Shown: positions 37,271 through 51,995 of the stretch, one piece after another
Layout: each line of letters opens with the position of its first letter
Numbering within the stretch: the first letter of the stretch is position 1
Source of the DNA: Octopus vulgaris
Lineage: Eukaryota
NCBI GenBank assembly: GCA_951406725.2
Contig: OX597833.1
Location: 8,308,001-8,372,000, forward strand
Direction of reading: 5' to 3'
DNA: 64,000 nucleotides
Notes under the pieces: model-generated
Database searches by the model: none
What the model was told of the DNA's origin: nothing
Seen by the model: only the letters and a program-made list of their open reading frames with translations
Translations under genes and position numbers: made by a program

Positions 37271-38650
37271 AGACACGATCTCGATAACTACAACAACGCC
37301 ATCTTGGCTAACTCTTTTTAATTAAAAAAAAAGACGAGTTCCACACAAGAAATCTAACCATTTGCATATTATGTCGGAATTTAATGTTGAAAACGCTTCA
37401 TGTCGATGTCTCCATGTTTAAAGGGCGAAACGCATGTGATCTTGAACAAACTGCCATTAATACAGATCGCTTCCCGACATTGCAATGAAGGGCTTGCAAC
37501 TTCTCAGGGTTTCTTCTGCAGTTCCAGCGAAGGGCAAAACATCTCTGATGTTTAGTCCACCCGTGGTATTGTGGCTGCTGCTGCTGCTGCTGTTACTGTT
37601 GTTGTTGTTTTTGGTGCTACAGTTGTTGTTATAGTTAAGCCCCAGGTTAAGCCCAGTCCAGCAGACTTATAATAACAGCCAAATAAATTCAAGCTTCAGC
37701 GAATTCCGGCTTTTTTTTTCCAGACACAATTGTATGTATGTATGTATGTATGTATGTATGTATGTATGTATGTATGTGTGTATGTATGTATGTATTTATG
37801 TATCTATGTATTGGTGCGGGGGTTCCTGCTTGCCGTTTTTTTTCCACCTGGAAGCCATTTACTTTTGACAAAGTGAATACTTTTTGTTACGTGCGGAGCC
37901 CAAAGACCAAAGTTGCACCCAGACATCTCTTATCATATCTTTTATGACGCCCTAAAAAAACACAATGATTTATGACGTCATTATGGTGTGGAGATAATTA
38001 AAGACGTGTCACTCTGAACTTTGACCTTTTCACATGATAGACTTAAATTTTAGTAAATTTTTAATTATAATTTGTCGGATAAAAACCGCTGACACCTCTC
38101 ACTCATTCTTCCTACTCTAGCAGAAAAAATTCATGTTTTCTTTTTTCCTTATTAAATCTGTCAAAACATGGCCCCTTCCAGTCCTTTCACTGAAGCGGTT
38201 TTCAACCTTTTCTACCTTAGTACCTCCAATTACCGAATGAGGGTGCTTTACAAATGCCCCCAGTCATTTTTCGCAAAACAAAAATAGAATCATTAATAAT
38301 ATTTCTATGCTATATCGCCAGAGGGCGCAACTTGACAATCCTCGTCGTTGACATTGGTTTTCATAGAATACAATGGTTATAAATAGTAATGCATTAGAAA
38401 GAATCGTTTTCTGGATTCTTCGTCAAGTTTCGAAACCCGATCTAGATTGTTTCAACGAGTTCCTTTCTATCGATGTCGACATTATCACTTAAACATTTAT
38501 GAGAATCTACTGTCACAGTTCTCTTGTTTAAGAGGACATTCTTGCGTTAAATAAGGTTCAGTAGAGATAAACTCGATCACTTCCCATTGTTCTCCGACCT
38601 ACATCCACCTTTCCAACATGTACGAAATCTAATTAAAAAGTATCGAGATG

Positions 38651-38797
38651 GTTGCTACGGTAACGGAATGGAAGTACGTGGAATGAAGAGGCTCGGCACC
38701 GAATTACCTTCAACTCCGTCGCTCATGCGCACAAGTTATAACATTCTCACTTCCGCTGTTTGTAGCTCACTTCCGCTTGCATGGAAATAAGGTGAGA
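38651..38797. promoter_or_regulatory. Candidate promoter/enhancer: RFX X-box plus two ETS-type sites
   Basis: GTTGCTACGGTAAC (38651-64); ctCACTTCCGct at 38746 and 38766, 20 bp apart; plus-strand donor-like AAG|gtgaga at 38792. Confidence 0.45.
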
Positions 38798-40007
38798 AGA
38801 GTGTGGTTTCCTGACCAAACCACAGGGGTTCCATCATTAACTTGGCAGAGAAAATGTATGTGTGTGCGTGCGCGCGTGGAAGGAGACCCGGCTCGAAGAT
38901 TATTACGGCCAAGTAGCTTTGCAAAAGTCAAATTTCAGTTGAATGGAACAAGATTTCAAATGCGACGAGGAGCTGCTGCTGGCTATCCCTAAAAAGGATT
39001 TCCAGAAATGCTTCCATCAATGGAAATGGCACAGGATAAAGTTTGTGGTTTCAGAAGGGGACAACTTCGAAGGAGATTAAATGCCAAATTGATTATGTTG
39101 TCGTTTTCTTTTTATGGCACCAGTTCCAATACTTTATGGTCAGACCTCGTATAAGTACAGTACCCAAATTCAATTCTAACTTTTCCGTCTCTTTCGCTTG
39201 GTCCCGACTCAAAGGAACATATCAATAATGACCGCGGGACTATGTAATTTTCAACCTCTTTATTTGTCAAGTAGGAGAGGTAAATTCTTTTACTCTTCCT
39301 CTCCTTGTCTTCCATTCGTTCTCCTAGCAGTCAACAAAAAATGAACTTAACTACCTACGAAATGGACTACAGAACTCAAACTGATCTGTGTATGACAACA
39401 ACTCGAACAGTTTATATCTGACATTGTAACGATGAAATAAAGGCCATATCAATTATCAATGTTCTTCTGTCATTTGTTTGCTACATATAATCGTTTGGAC
39501 ATGTAGCAACCCGATTGTACAATATGACAAAATCCATCATGGGTAGCATGGGGGTGAGGTGTATGTGCATGAGAAGGACGAAGAACTAATTGAAGAAAAT
39601 GAAGTCTATTCCAATACGTAAGCTGGTGTGTGTATTACGACAGCAGCCAATCAATTCTCCAAAGTGTACAATACACAGTGGGAAGCAGGTTGGAGTTTAT
39701 TTCAATGACAACAGCCATGTTATATTCAACTCATTTTTACTCAGGATTCACATAAGAACTGGAAGCAAGCCTCTTATCCGACTAAACGAGATCTGAAGAG
39801 TTCAAACGGTAGTAGTCAAGTCTATAACAGCAAACTGGGAATGGTTTCTCATAACGAAATATTTGACAATGCCGTTGCTGGGGACTAAGACAAATTAGAA
39901 CCCCGTTCGATGGAATAATAAAATAAACAATGGTACTTGTATTTTCAGTGGTCATAAAGATATCCTTGAAGAGAACGACATACCCCAGAATGCTCAGGCC
40001 CTTGTGT

Positions 40008-40134
<127 letters not shown>

Positions 40135-40771
40135 AAGAATTTTTGATGGTTTCACTGCTGGTCTGGAGATCACAAGTAATGCAACTGCTATGTTACAGGA
40201 GATTAAAATATCTACAAAAAAATATAGTTTGATGGGATTTGTGTTGGCAATGGTGTCCGTCCTATTCCAAAGATAACATCATGACTGCTAACCATAATAT
40301 CATCGAGAAAGCTGTTGATTCCGGTCAACTTAAAAATGCGAGGAGTTTCACTGGCTGCGAAGAGGAAATTCAGTTGAAGAAGAAACCAGATCTTTTGAAA
40401 CAGAACCGAAGACCCGAGAGCTGGAACCAGCCCTTGACCGGAATAAAATGAAATTCATGACAATTCACAAGAATAATTCTGATAAAATGCTTCTATAATA
40501 TATACAATGAATATCTAGACGAAAGATCGAGAAAGAAATGGGATCACAGTTTAAAAGAGCCTTAAAACAACAGAAGAACTGTTCGAATCTCAGACTTTCT
40601 GACATATCTTCTTATATTTAAGGGGTTTGGGTTTATATATATATATATCAGCAACAATTTAGATTCAAATGAATATGGTACTTAATTTAGATGCAGAATT
40701 TTGTATGGTGTTACCCATAAAAATATGCGGGGTGATTATAATCAAAAATAAGCAACAAGAATGGATCCGGT

Positions 40772-40863
40772 AATTTAGTACAATTGTTTCATACTACAAC
40801 ATTTTATTGAAAGCTGTAAGTATTACAGCAGATTTAAGATGTTGAGTACTCTTCAGTCAATTT
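40772..40863 (-). ncRNA. Hammerhead ribozyme motif with long stem II
   Basis: Minus strand CTGAAGA (40856-40850), gtact-caacat...gctgtaa-tac-ttacagc...atgttg-t-agtat, GAAAC-aatt-GTA (40790-40779). Stem III is palindrome ACAATTGT. Stem I degenerate. Confidence 0.6.
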
Positions 40864-41082
40864 ATATAGGTTTTCCAATAATATAAAAGTTTTCAAATCA
40901 ATTAATAACATCTTAGGGAAGGTAAATATACAGATAAAGATGTAGATATGAATCTTAGGAACATGAGGTCGTGTAGTCCAGATACTAACTGACCAAAACT
41001 CTGCTTGTAACTGACTGCTGTTAGAAATTTCTTTAGTTATAGGGATTAGGGTAAGGGAGGTAAGGAATTCAAGTTAGTTGTA

Positions 41083-41120
<38 letters not shown>

Positions 41121-41212
41121 CAACGATTCAGGGGACACTTGCCCAATACAAGAACTCTCCACAAATGACTCCAGCCCTGACCACCCCGAGAGGGTAGTGC
41201 TGTAGGGCTTAC

Positions 41213-41245
41213 CTTGATCAACGCAACAAGACGTTTCAAGTTCAT
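41213..41245 (-). other. Candidate upstream exon end with short ORF MNLKRLVALIK and strong donor
   Basis: ATG at 41245, 11 codons, then AAG|gtaagc (consensus donor). Unique, non-repeat sequence upstream. Confidence 0.4.
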
Positions 41246-41875
41246 AGAAATGCCTTGTTTTGATTATTCTTTGGTTTATTTATTTCTGTGTAATTTTTGT
41301 GGTAAATATTTCTTTTTTTTTTATTTCCATTCGCCTTTTTATATTTTGCGTAACGCCTTTTCCCCACTCCCCCCCTTCACACTGGAGACATTCTCTCTCT
41401 CCTCTTCTCTCTCCTCTTCCGCCGCCAACGTTTACCATATTTTACCATATTCTTCATGTCCTTGAGAGAGGAGGGGCAGAGGGGGAGAGAGAAAGGAATA
41501 GAATGTGTGTGTGTGTGTGTGTGCGTGTGAAAGGTACACTGTGAGGGGTGAAGAAGAGAGAATGTGAAAGGGGTGGGTGGGAGAAAGTATATGTGCCAGA
41601 GAGAGAGGGAGGGGGAGAGAGGGAGAGAGTGTGTGACAATGTGAGTGTGCATGTGTGTGGGGAAGGGGGTGCAAAGGAATGTGTGAGAAGGTGCAGACGC
41701 ACTTTCACATGCAAGAATACATTGGGGGAGCAGGGAGGGAGGGAGGGAGGGGGCGCGACAGCGATTGAGGGAGAGAGGGAGGAAGAGAGGGTGTGAGAGT
41801 GAGAGAGAGAGAGAGAGAGTGCGAATGAAAACGCTCGTGCGAAAGTGAGTGAGCGTGTGTGTGTGTGTGTGAGTG

Positions 41876-41915
<40 letters not shown>

Positions 41916-42249
41916 CGTGTGTGTGTGTGTGTCTGTGTGTGTGTTAAGCGCTATCCTTTTTTTAGTGCTACAAACGTGTAATGTGTGTAGGTGTGTGCAT
42001 CTTTGTGTTTTGCATGTGTGTGTTTGTGTCATTCACACATGTGTGTGTGTGTGTGTGTGTGTGTGCATAAAATATGGGAGGTTGGTGGTGGTGGTGGTGG
42101 GGAGATAAAGGGAGTGGAGAGAGAAGAGAGAGAAAAGAAGGAGAGAAAGAATTATAATTGTTTCCTCTCTACATACATACAGATAGATATATATATATAT
42201 AGATAGATAAGATATATAGAGAGAGAGAGAGATGGACAGACAGACAGAC

Positions 42250-42326
<77 letters not shown>

Positions 42327-42353
42327 CAGAGATGGACAGGCAGACAGATAGGC

Positions 42354-42386
<33 letters not shown>

Positions 42387-42419
42387 GGCAAAGAGAGAAA
42401 GAGAGAGGGAGAGACTTAC

Positions 42420-42454
42420 CAGTTCTTCGTGTCCGATGCCTCGGTGACGGCCAT
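42420..42454 (-). other. Candidate first-exon end with short ORF MAVTEASDTKN and strong donor
   Basis: aggATGG start at 42454, then CTG|gtaagt perfect donor at 42420/42419. Lies in a unique GC-richer island between microsatellites. Confidence 0.45.
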
Positions 42455-42899
42455 CCTTACTTTGCCATCATTATCATCATCATCATCAACGTTATAGGGC
42501 TGTGATGTTGGGTGGTAGTGAGAGAGTTCGGAGAGTACGGAGAGCCGTCCACCCGGACATCAATACGGGTGTGGACAGATGTGACAACAAAGTAAAAGTA
42601 ACCCCCAGGATACAACTGGTAGCAATTCTCCACTAGTTTATACAGTACAGTACAACGTGTGTGTGTGTGTGTGTGTGTGTGAGTACATATATTTTATATA
42701 TAAAGAGGGATGTATATGTATATATTGTGATGTGTACAACACTAATCACTAATATGTAAACAGTAATGACTGAAAACTACTACTACTACTACTACTACTA
42801 ACACTACCACCACTGCTGCTACTGCTACTACTGCTGCTTCTTGTAGCGGTTGCTGTTGCAATTGCTCTCACAGTGGTGGAGGGGGGGGGGTCGTGCAAG

Positions 42900-43105
42900 T
42901 CGAGATGGCAGAGTCGTTAGCACGCCGGACAAAATGTTTAGCGGCATTTCATCGCTATTTAGCTTCTGAGTTCAAATCCCGTCGACGTCGACTTTATCCT
43001 TTCTGGGTCGATAAATTAAGTACCAGTCAAGTACAGGGATCCATGTAGTCGACTATCGCCTCCCCCCCCGCAAAGTTTCAGGCCTTGTGCCTATAGCAGA
43101 AACGT
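42900..43105 (+). mobile_element. SINE family B with (ATT)n tail
   Basis: ggcagagtcgttagcacgccggac...caggccttgtgcctatag. Confidence 0.8.
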
Positions 43106-43169
<64 letters not shown>

Positions 43170-43170
<1 letters not shown>

Positions 43171-43613
43171 GAGTGAGCGAGCAGAGCATGCCATCAAAGT
43201 GACACTGGGGTAAAATATACGAAGCCCAGTATACCCACCATGACTACCCGTCTGATAAGGGTACACCAGGCACATGCATCACAACCATATGTGCGCGACA
43301 TGGTGATCTCATATCAGGATAAACAGCACATGACCTTGCAGGTGGGACCCAGTTAGAATTTTCTTCAGGTTGAGTAGCCCATCCCGCTCAAAAGGTCTCT
43401 GAATAAGGGTTGTTTAAGGATGTTGAAAGAACCACCCATGTCTCCAGAGGTGAATTATTCAAACCCCAAAGAATCCCTCTCAACACATGGCTATGATGCT
43501 CCCCCACCACTTCTGCTCGTGATCAGAGATGCACATATCGTCAGCCACTAAGGGACATTCTCAACTGGTTAAGGTCAAACAACTGACAAGCAAATCTGTG
43601 GTATTGAGCAGAA

Positions 43614-43615
<2 letters not shown>
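43170..43615 (-). mobile_element. Non-coding TAA-tailed retroposon embedded in (ATT)n
   Basis: Closely similar to 8969-9301; flanked on both sides by (ATT)n; no long ORF. Confidence 0.75.
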
Positions 43616-43653
<38 letters not shown>

Positions 43654-44051
43654 GCTGTCGTCATTCATCCCCAGGTCAAGCCTGATTCGGTAAACCTATT
43701 ACTAAAACTAACCCATTTAAAAGACAAGAGTGTGTGGCATACTGAAGATTTGGCTGCTATTTTTAGCAGGTTTAACGCCCGCGTACAGCATGGAATTGAA
43801 ACCGTTTTGAATAGGCGAGGGGAACCTGCAGGGTTTAAAAACATGTAGCATAGACGGAATATCTGAAGGGAGAAGAATTCTGAAGGTTTACGAATTCACA
43901 GTTATGTATGCCACTAGGCTGGTACCCGCCATAGAGAACTTTGCAAGTGTGTGTGTGTGTGGGTGTGTGTGTGTGGGTGTGTGTGTGTGTGTATTTGTAT
44001 ACACATATAAATATAAATATATGTGTATATCTATCTATCTATCTATCTATA

Positions 44052-44760
<709 letters not shown>

Positions 44761-44805
44761 AGGTATTTATGATGAGATGGAACCATTTATATATTTATAT
44801 ATATG

Positions 44806-44863
<58 letters not shown>

Positions 44864-44930
44864 TGTGTGTGTATGTGTATACATACGTACACACACACAC
44901 ACAGTGACACACACGCATATATATATATAT

Positions 44931-45153
44931 GACGGGCTAGAAACGTTAGCACGCCGGGCGAAATTCGTAGCCGTATTTCGTCTGTCGTTACGTTCCGAGT
45001 TCAAGTTCCGCCGAGGTCGACTTTGCCTTTCATCCTTTCGGGGTCGATAAATTAAGTACCAGTTACGCACTGGGGTCGATGTAGTCGACTTAATCCCTTT
45101 GTCTCTCCTTGTTTGTCCCCTCTGTGTTTAGCCCCTTGTGGGTAGTAAAGAAA
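44931..45153 (+). mobile_element. SINE family B (long-tail variant)
   Basis: Near-identical to the 34692-34875 unit. Confidence 0.85.
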
Positions 45154-45162
45154 TATATATAT

Positions 45163-45321
45163 ATGACGGGCTTCTTTCAGTTTCCGTCTACCAAATTCAC
45201 TCACAAGGCTTTGGTCGGCTCAAAGCTGTAGTAGAAGGCACTTGTCCAAGGTGCCATGCAGTGGGACTGAACTCGGAACCATGTGGTTGGGAAGCAAGCT
45301 TCTTACCACACAGCCACTCCT
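45163..45321 (-). mobile_element. SINE family A 5' half
   Basis: gacgggcttctttcagtttccgtctacc...ttaccacacagccactcct. Confidence 0.8.
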
Positions 45322-45569
45322 ACATACACACAAACACATACACACACACATATGCACACACACGCACACACATATATATACACATACAGAGTAACGTGTA
45401 CACATACATACATTCGAACACGCACAATCACACACACAACAGCAACAAAAATACTTTTCGACCAAAACCAAATTCCACAACCAAAAACAATCGTCTTTTC
45501 TCTCCTTTCCTCTCCTCCACCTTTCCTTTCTTTCTCTCTCTCTCCCTCTCTCTATCTTTCTCTCTCTCT

Positions 45570-45607
<38 letters not shown>

Positions 45608-47391
45608 CCTCCCACCCCCCTCTCTCTATCTCGTGCGGTGATAAACGTTTTAATCGATTACAAAAGACGAAATCAATAGCAATATAACAATGAAATGTCA
45701 ACTGGAAGTAATCCACCACCACCACCACCACCACCACCACGTGTGTGCGTGTGGGTCCGTGTATGTGCGTGTCCGTGTGTGTGTGTGGGTCCGTGTATGT
45801 GTGTGTATGTAGGAGTGGCTGTGTGGTAAGAAGCTTTGTCCGTGTGTCCATTGCGTTGTCCTGGTCTTTCGAAATTCTTTAATGATTCACACCAAAACCT
45901 TCAGCCTAACTTCCGACAAGTTTTCCGAAATTGTTGTTGTTGTTGTTGTTGTTGCTGGTGGTGGTGGTGGTGGTGGTGGTGGAGGTGGTGGTGTTTCTGT
46001 TTTTGTTCTTGTTTCAAATGTTGCTGCGGTTTGTCGTTGTTGCTTAACTCCAAACCAGCATTTTCCGAAAAAAGAAACAAGTTAACATAAAAGTCATTCC
46101 AACCGTGATAATCCAAACTTTGCATACACACACACACTATACACTCAATCTCCAATACGTCCTTCCTTATTTCTAAAGACTCTTCAATGTGATTTGAGAA
46201 TGATTTTGTTGCTATTTTTAGCAGACCTGACGACCACTTAGAGAAGTCCTCTTTGTTTCCAACAAGATCATGTTTTTCCTACCAGAAGAAGTGAACAGCA
46301 GACTTATTATACTGTCGAGTAACACTGGTATACAGACATACATGTGTGTGTGTGTGTGTGTGTGTGCATATACATGTATACACATACACGCACACGCATG
46401 TATATTATAGTGACAAAGAGAGAGGGGGAGAGAGAAGAGGAGAGAGGGGGAGAGAAAAGAGGGGAGAGAGGAGGAGAGAAGGAGAGAGAGAGGGGGAGAG
46501 AGTCATGTGTGAGGGAAAGAAGGAAGGAAAGAAGGAAAAGAGAAACTCTAATGTAACAATGTATATCTGTGACAGCGCCACCTACACTCTCCTCTCCACC
46601 ATTATCAAGTTTATCATCGCCCTCGCCCTCGCCACTACCATCACTACTGACACATCACCACCACCACCACCACCACCACCACCACCTCCGACGCCACTTC
46701 ACCGATTCCAACCTGACCAACAATGTTCCCTCTGTGCCATCTTCCCGCTTCATGTTGACATTAGTCCCTTCCCCCCTCCCCCAGCCTACCGTTCCACCAC
46801 CACCCCACTCTCTCACACTCTCCACCCTCACCCCATCGGCATTGCTACAAGTTCTCTACTCAGAGATAACAACATGGTTCCATTTGCTACACACTGACCA
46901 TTCCTTCGTTATAGATATACACACATTCTCCCTCATCCTCTCTCAATATATACACACAGGATTAAATAAAAAGAAGACAAAAATCGTTTAATTTGACATC
47001 ATATATATATATATATAATAAATTAATAAATAAAACATATGCATATATACATACATATATGTACGTACCTACCTCTACATGTATATATACGTGCATATAT
47101 GAGTACAGGACACCAAAAGGACGTCGAACACAAGGAGAAACGAAAACATAAACACAAAACCAAGGAACTGGACATTTTTCTTAAACAACAAAAAAATAGA
47201 GTACAGGACATACAAAACAAGGAAAATTCCCCTTCTTCAGTCGCCTTTGTTTCATCTACTCCACGTTTCGAAGGTCAAGGCGAATATATATATATATATA
47301 TATATTTTTAATCCAAACGGGAAAACAAAAAAACAACAACAATGGAACAATTACAGTATTATTATTAATAGGCGCTCAGGAAATGGAAGCA

Positions 47392-47454
<63 letters not shown>

Positions 47455-47673
47455 AAATTCAAAGAGGCTTGTAGTAAAGAAACTAATGAACATACATTAA
47501 ATACAGGGGCGAGTGAGTGCAGTCATTAACATCTAAGCCTATCAACAAGTGGGACGCCTGTACTGACTGGATACTATAGCATTGACTTACCAGAATGGTA
47601 ATATACAGCAGGCAAGCTAGCGAAACAGCTGTAGGAAATTTTAGAATCCACTTGTGTTCTTCTTTTATACATG

Positions 47674-47733
<60 letters not shown>

Positions 47734-48309
47734 TTCGTTTCATTTCGCACTCTATTCTACTATTCCAGAGACAAATAGATAGAGAGAGAGAGAGGGGGGC
47801 GGGAAGAGAAAGTAACAATGTTGGTGGTTGTTAATATGATGACCATCACATTTAACTCATTTCGAAATCCCGTTTAATGAACCACTAACGTAATTTTCAT
47901 TGGATTTACTGTCCGAAGGAATGCCGCAGGATTTCACCTTAAGGTGGCCCTTTTTCGTTCATTATTCCACAGAAGTATTTCTACAGAACACGGTAAATTG
48001 AAATCCGTAAAATCAGTGAAGGTTTATGAAGTGTTTTTCCACCTCAAAAGTATTCGCTTGCCAACAGTGACTCGATCAAATAACAGCGTTTTCTTGTATT
48101 AAGTGAACGTAGGTTTTACACTCATTTCTAAAATTATACAATATTCGTAACAATTACAGGTTTATGTTCACAAAAAACATTAAATAATTTAGCAACATTT
48201 GTTAGTACAATATCGATCACTAAATTTTTAACGAACTGTATTTAGAGGGATTCCAAGAGCCAATAACCTGCCCCATCTACTTACATCTGTTGATACTAGT
48301 ATGGTTGAA

Positions 48310-48602
48310 GGCGGCGGGCTGGCAGAACCGGTAGCACGCTGGGCGAAATGCTTAGCGGTAGTTCGTCTGCCGTTACGTTCTGAGTTCAGATTCTGCCGAT
48401 GTCGACTTTGCCTTTCATCCTTTCGGGGTTGATAAATTAAGTACCAGTTACGCACTGGGGTCGATCTAATCGACTTAATCCGTTTGCCTGTCCTTGTTTG
48501 TCCCCTTTACGTTTAACCCCTTGTGGGCAATAAAGAAATAAGAAACGTTTGCACGGCGGGCAAAATGCTTAGCGGTAGTTCGTCTGTCTACGTTCTGAGT
48601 TC
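48310..48602 (+). mobile_element. SINE family B followed by a restart of its own head
   Basis: Full unit, then aagaaacgtttgcacggcgggcaaaatgcttagcgg again at ~48540. Confidence 0.8.
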
Positions 48603-48922
48603 ATCCATGTCGTAGCCTCTCCCGACTGCACCTGTTGCCAACTCACTGTCTCAGGCAGAACTGACCAACAAACTCACAGCTCGCCGCATTTTAAAGGGTG
48701 GTTTCTTAAATTTTGCTTGACCGGAAAAGGGTCAGAGGTATTTTACAAACTCATTGATTTCTCTAGAAAAATTGAGAGGACCAAGGCTTTATCCGTCTGT
48801 CTGGCGCCAAACCACGAAACTAGGCCATAGAACTTTTTCCTCAACTGACCCCGTATCAATATAAACAATCTACCATTTCTGTCACTCAACTAATAGTCAT
48901 ATGATTGCTAATATGTTACCAC

Positions 48923-49015
<93 letters not shown>

Positions 49016-49099
49016 TAGTTTTATTCTCTGTGTGCCTTGGGTATGTGCTGTGGTTGTTGTGATGCACTATTATTATCATCATCATCATCATCATCATCA

Positions 49100-49167
<68 letters not shown>

Positions 49168-49269
49168 GAGCAGATCAAAAGGTTGGTTACTTTGCAGTCT
49201 TAATTATATATGATTAACTATTATAAACAACGAAAGCACTTTGCATACACCAGACAGACATGCATGCAT

Positions 49270-49310
<41 letters not shown>

Positions 49311-49391
49311 TAGATAGATAGATAGATAGACAGATAGATATGCCTGCATGTATGACTGTATATCCATACACAAACACATACATACATACAT

Positions 49392-49437
<46 letters not shown>

Positions 49438-51789
49438 ACCTATATACGGTTGGCAACCGACACCACAATACGTGCACTGCACCACCGGAGAAAGAAGAAG
49501 GGGATGGAGAGAGACAGAGAGATACGGATGTAGTGGAAGGTGGTAGATGTCAGTGGGAGCATAGACACAATGACAGTTGTTCTGACATGGAGAGAAATGA
49601 ATGGGGGGGGAAATACTGTGAGGAGTTTAATGAATTGAAGAAGAAGAAGAAGAAGAAGAAGAAGAAGAAGAAGAAGAGGGGGAGGAGGAGGAGGAGGAGA
49701 AAGAAGGAGAAGAAGAAGAAGGAGAAGAAAAAGAAGAAGAAGAATTGGAAGAAGAAGAAGACGAAGAAGAAGAAGAAGAAGAAGAAGAAGGAGGAGGAGG
49801 AGGAGGAGGAGGAGGAGGAGAAGAAGAAGAAGAAGAAGAAGAAGAAGAAGAAGAAGAAGAAGAAGAAGAGATGCATGTAATGCTGTGGGGAGTAGCAGTG
49901 AAGTATAATAGAATGGGGAGAGTTGGAGTAGATAACGTAACTTCAGACAAAAGCCCGGAGTGTGATACGGGTATGTGAAGAAGTGAGAGAAAGAGGAGGG
50001 AGGAGAGAGGGGAGAGAGAGAAAGAGAGGGGGTAATACTAAGAATTGAAAAAGAAAAGATCAGTTGACGTTCGGGTATCTCGGCTAATCAATGCAAAAAT
50101 ATAACTGAATAAAGCAAAAGGAAAACGTTTGAATTAGCCTGGGAGGAGAAATTGTAGTTTATAATTAAACAAGAGTTATTTATTAAGCAAATAGTTTGTA
50201 TTATATTTAACAGATCGTTAAATAACCAACAGTTACATACTATCCAGAGAGTTAACAATAGGCTAAACGCTTAATAACTATACGTTCACAGCGTTACACG
50301 ACAATACGACATTAATTTCCACTGCGCGCCATTAAAAGAGGAAACAGACGACAGTGTGTGCGCCAGGGACCAGGGTTGTATAAATATAGAAATCATAAAC
50401 TTTAGAAAATGTTTGAGTGAGAAAAGGAGACTACTGCTGCTGCTACTACTGCTGCTACTACTGCTACTTCTGCTGCTGCTGCTGCTGCTATCGCAACCAC
50501 GAGTTACACTACATTGTCACTACAACCTACACAACCCTGCCAAAAGAGAGAGAGAAGGTAGTCATTAATACTTCATAATATTGAAACAAAAGAGTGGATG
50601 ACCACGGCTGGAGCGTCTTTGAATACGCACTACGGCCTTTAGAAAGGAGGTGTCGTTTGGTAATGTAGTCTAAGATACAATATGTCTGAAAAAATTGACA
50701 GGGTAATTACGGCCGAGATGTCTTCTGTTCTGGGTCTTTCTGATGGACCGGAGCTGACCCGTAACCAACCAACAACCTGAACTATGGCCTTAACAATACA
50801 CTAAACCCTAATCTTGCTACGAATTTTAATCATAAATTTAAACTTTAACCTTAAGTCCCAACCCTAAACTCAAGCTGACGATGATAAAGAAAACAGAAAT
50901 ATTCGGAGTTCCCTACATTGCGTGCTCGGTCAGACAATAATGTTAACAACCCCCATTGTCCTCATGTGATTGCCTCTCATGCTAAAAACGGTGAAAATAC
51001 TCAAATCCACTTTTTAAGACAAAACAATGACTATCGTCAGCTTCAGTGGTGTTGTCATTTATCTTTGGTGATTTCCAACGGTTCCCACGACTCATATTAG
51101 TTTCATATTTCCATAATTTTCAGTCGATAAGAAATGAATTCACTGTTCCTGGATAAACCGCATACCTACTGCAAGGAGATTTTCCTTACAGATTTTGAAC
51201 TCGGTGCTGAAAACCAACGAAAAATTCTTATTGTATGGTGCTTTCGTTTCTAACAACAGGAAATTGTACCATTCACAACATCTCTTTATTCCTAGGTGGA
51301 CTAGGTTGTTGATAGCCATAAGCACCAGAAACGATTACAGTGAACTATATTACACTCCACAGTTTTTCCTTTCGGTAAACGTCTCATTATCAATTAAGAT
51401 CTGAAAAATCTTATCAAATATTTGGGTGCATGGCTTTTGGTCAGTCGCTTGATGACGACTTGGGCCCACTTGCTTTTCCTTGGAACCCCTGTCGGCTCAA
51501 ACTTGTAAACTTGAGTCTTGCTAGTACTTTTTGCTATCTATATAACTTTGACACTTATTTCATAAAGCCGATAGCGTTCTATGTTTTCAAGTTACCCTCA
51601 ACCGTATATTACCCAACAGAATGTATCACCTACACGATCCAAATGTATTATATACACACAAGAACACACAATATATCAGATAATACATTTCACAAAAGAT
51701 GTCAAGTAATTTTAAGGCAATTCATCCCACTGAAGCGGACCGTCTTATGTTAGCAAGCAGCGGCTGTAGATGGATAACAGATTAGATAG

Positions 51790-51995
51790 TCCTAATGGTT
51801 TCTGGTTTAGGTGGAAGGCCAGGGGAGAGTGGCAGTCGATACCATCGACCCGATTGTTTGACTGGTACTTTATTTTATCGACTGTGTTGGGATGAAATGC
51901 AAAGTTGACTTTGGTGGGATTTAAACCGAGAAAGAGTCGGAAGAAATACCAGAGAACATTTTTTCCGATGCTCGAATGGTTCCAGCTGCTCGCCA
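51790..51995 (-). mobile_element. Diverged SINE family B
   Basis: actggtactttattttatcgac...aaagttgactttggtgggatt. Confidence 0.65.

Noticed and set aside
37400-37440. Hammerhead-like cgaaacgcatgt
   Set aside because: CUGANGA box and cleavage triplet absent.
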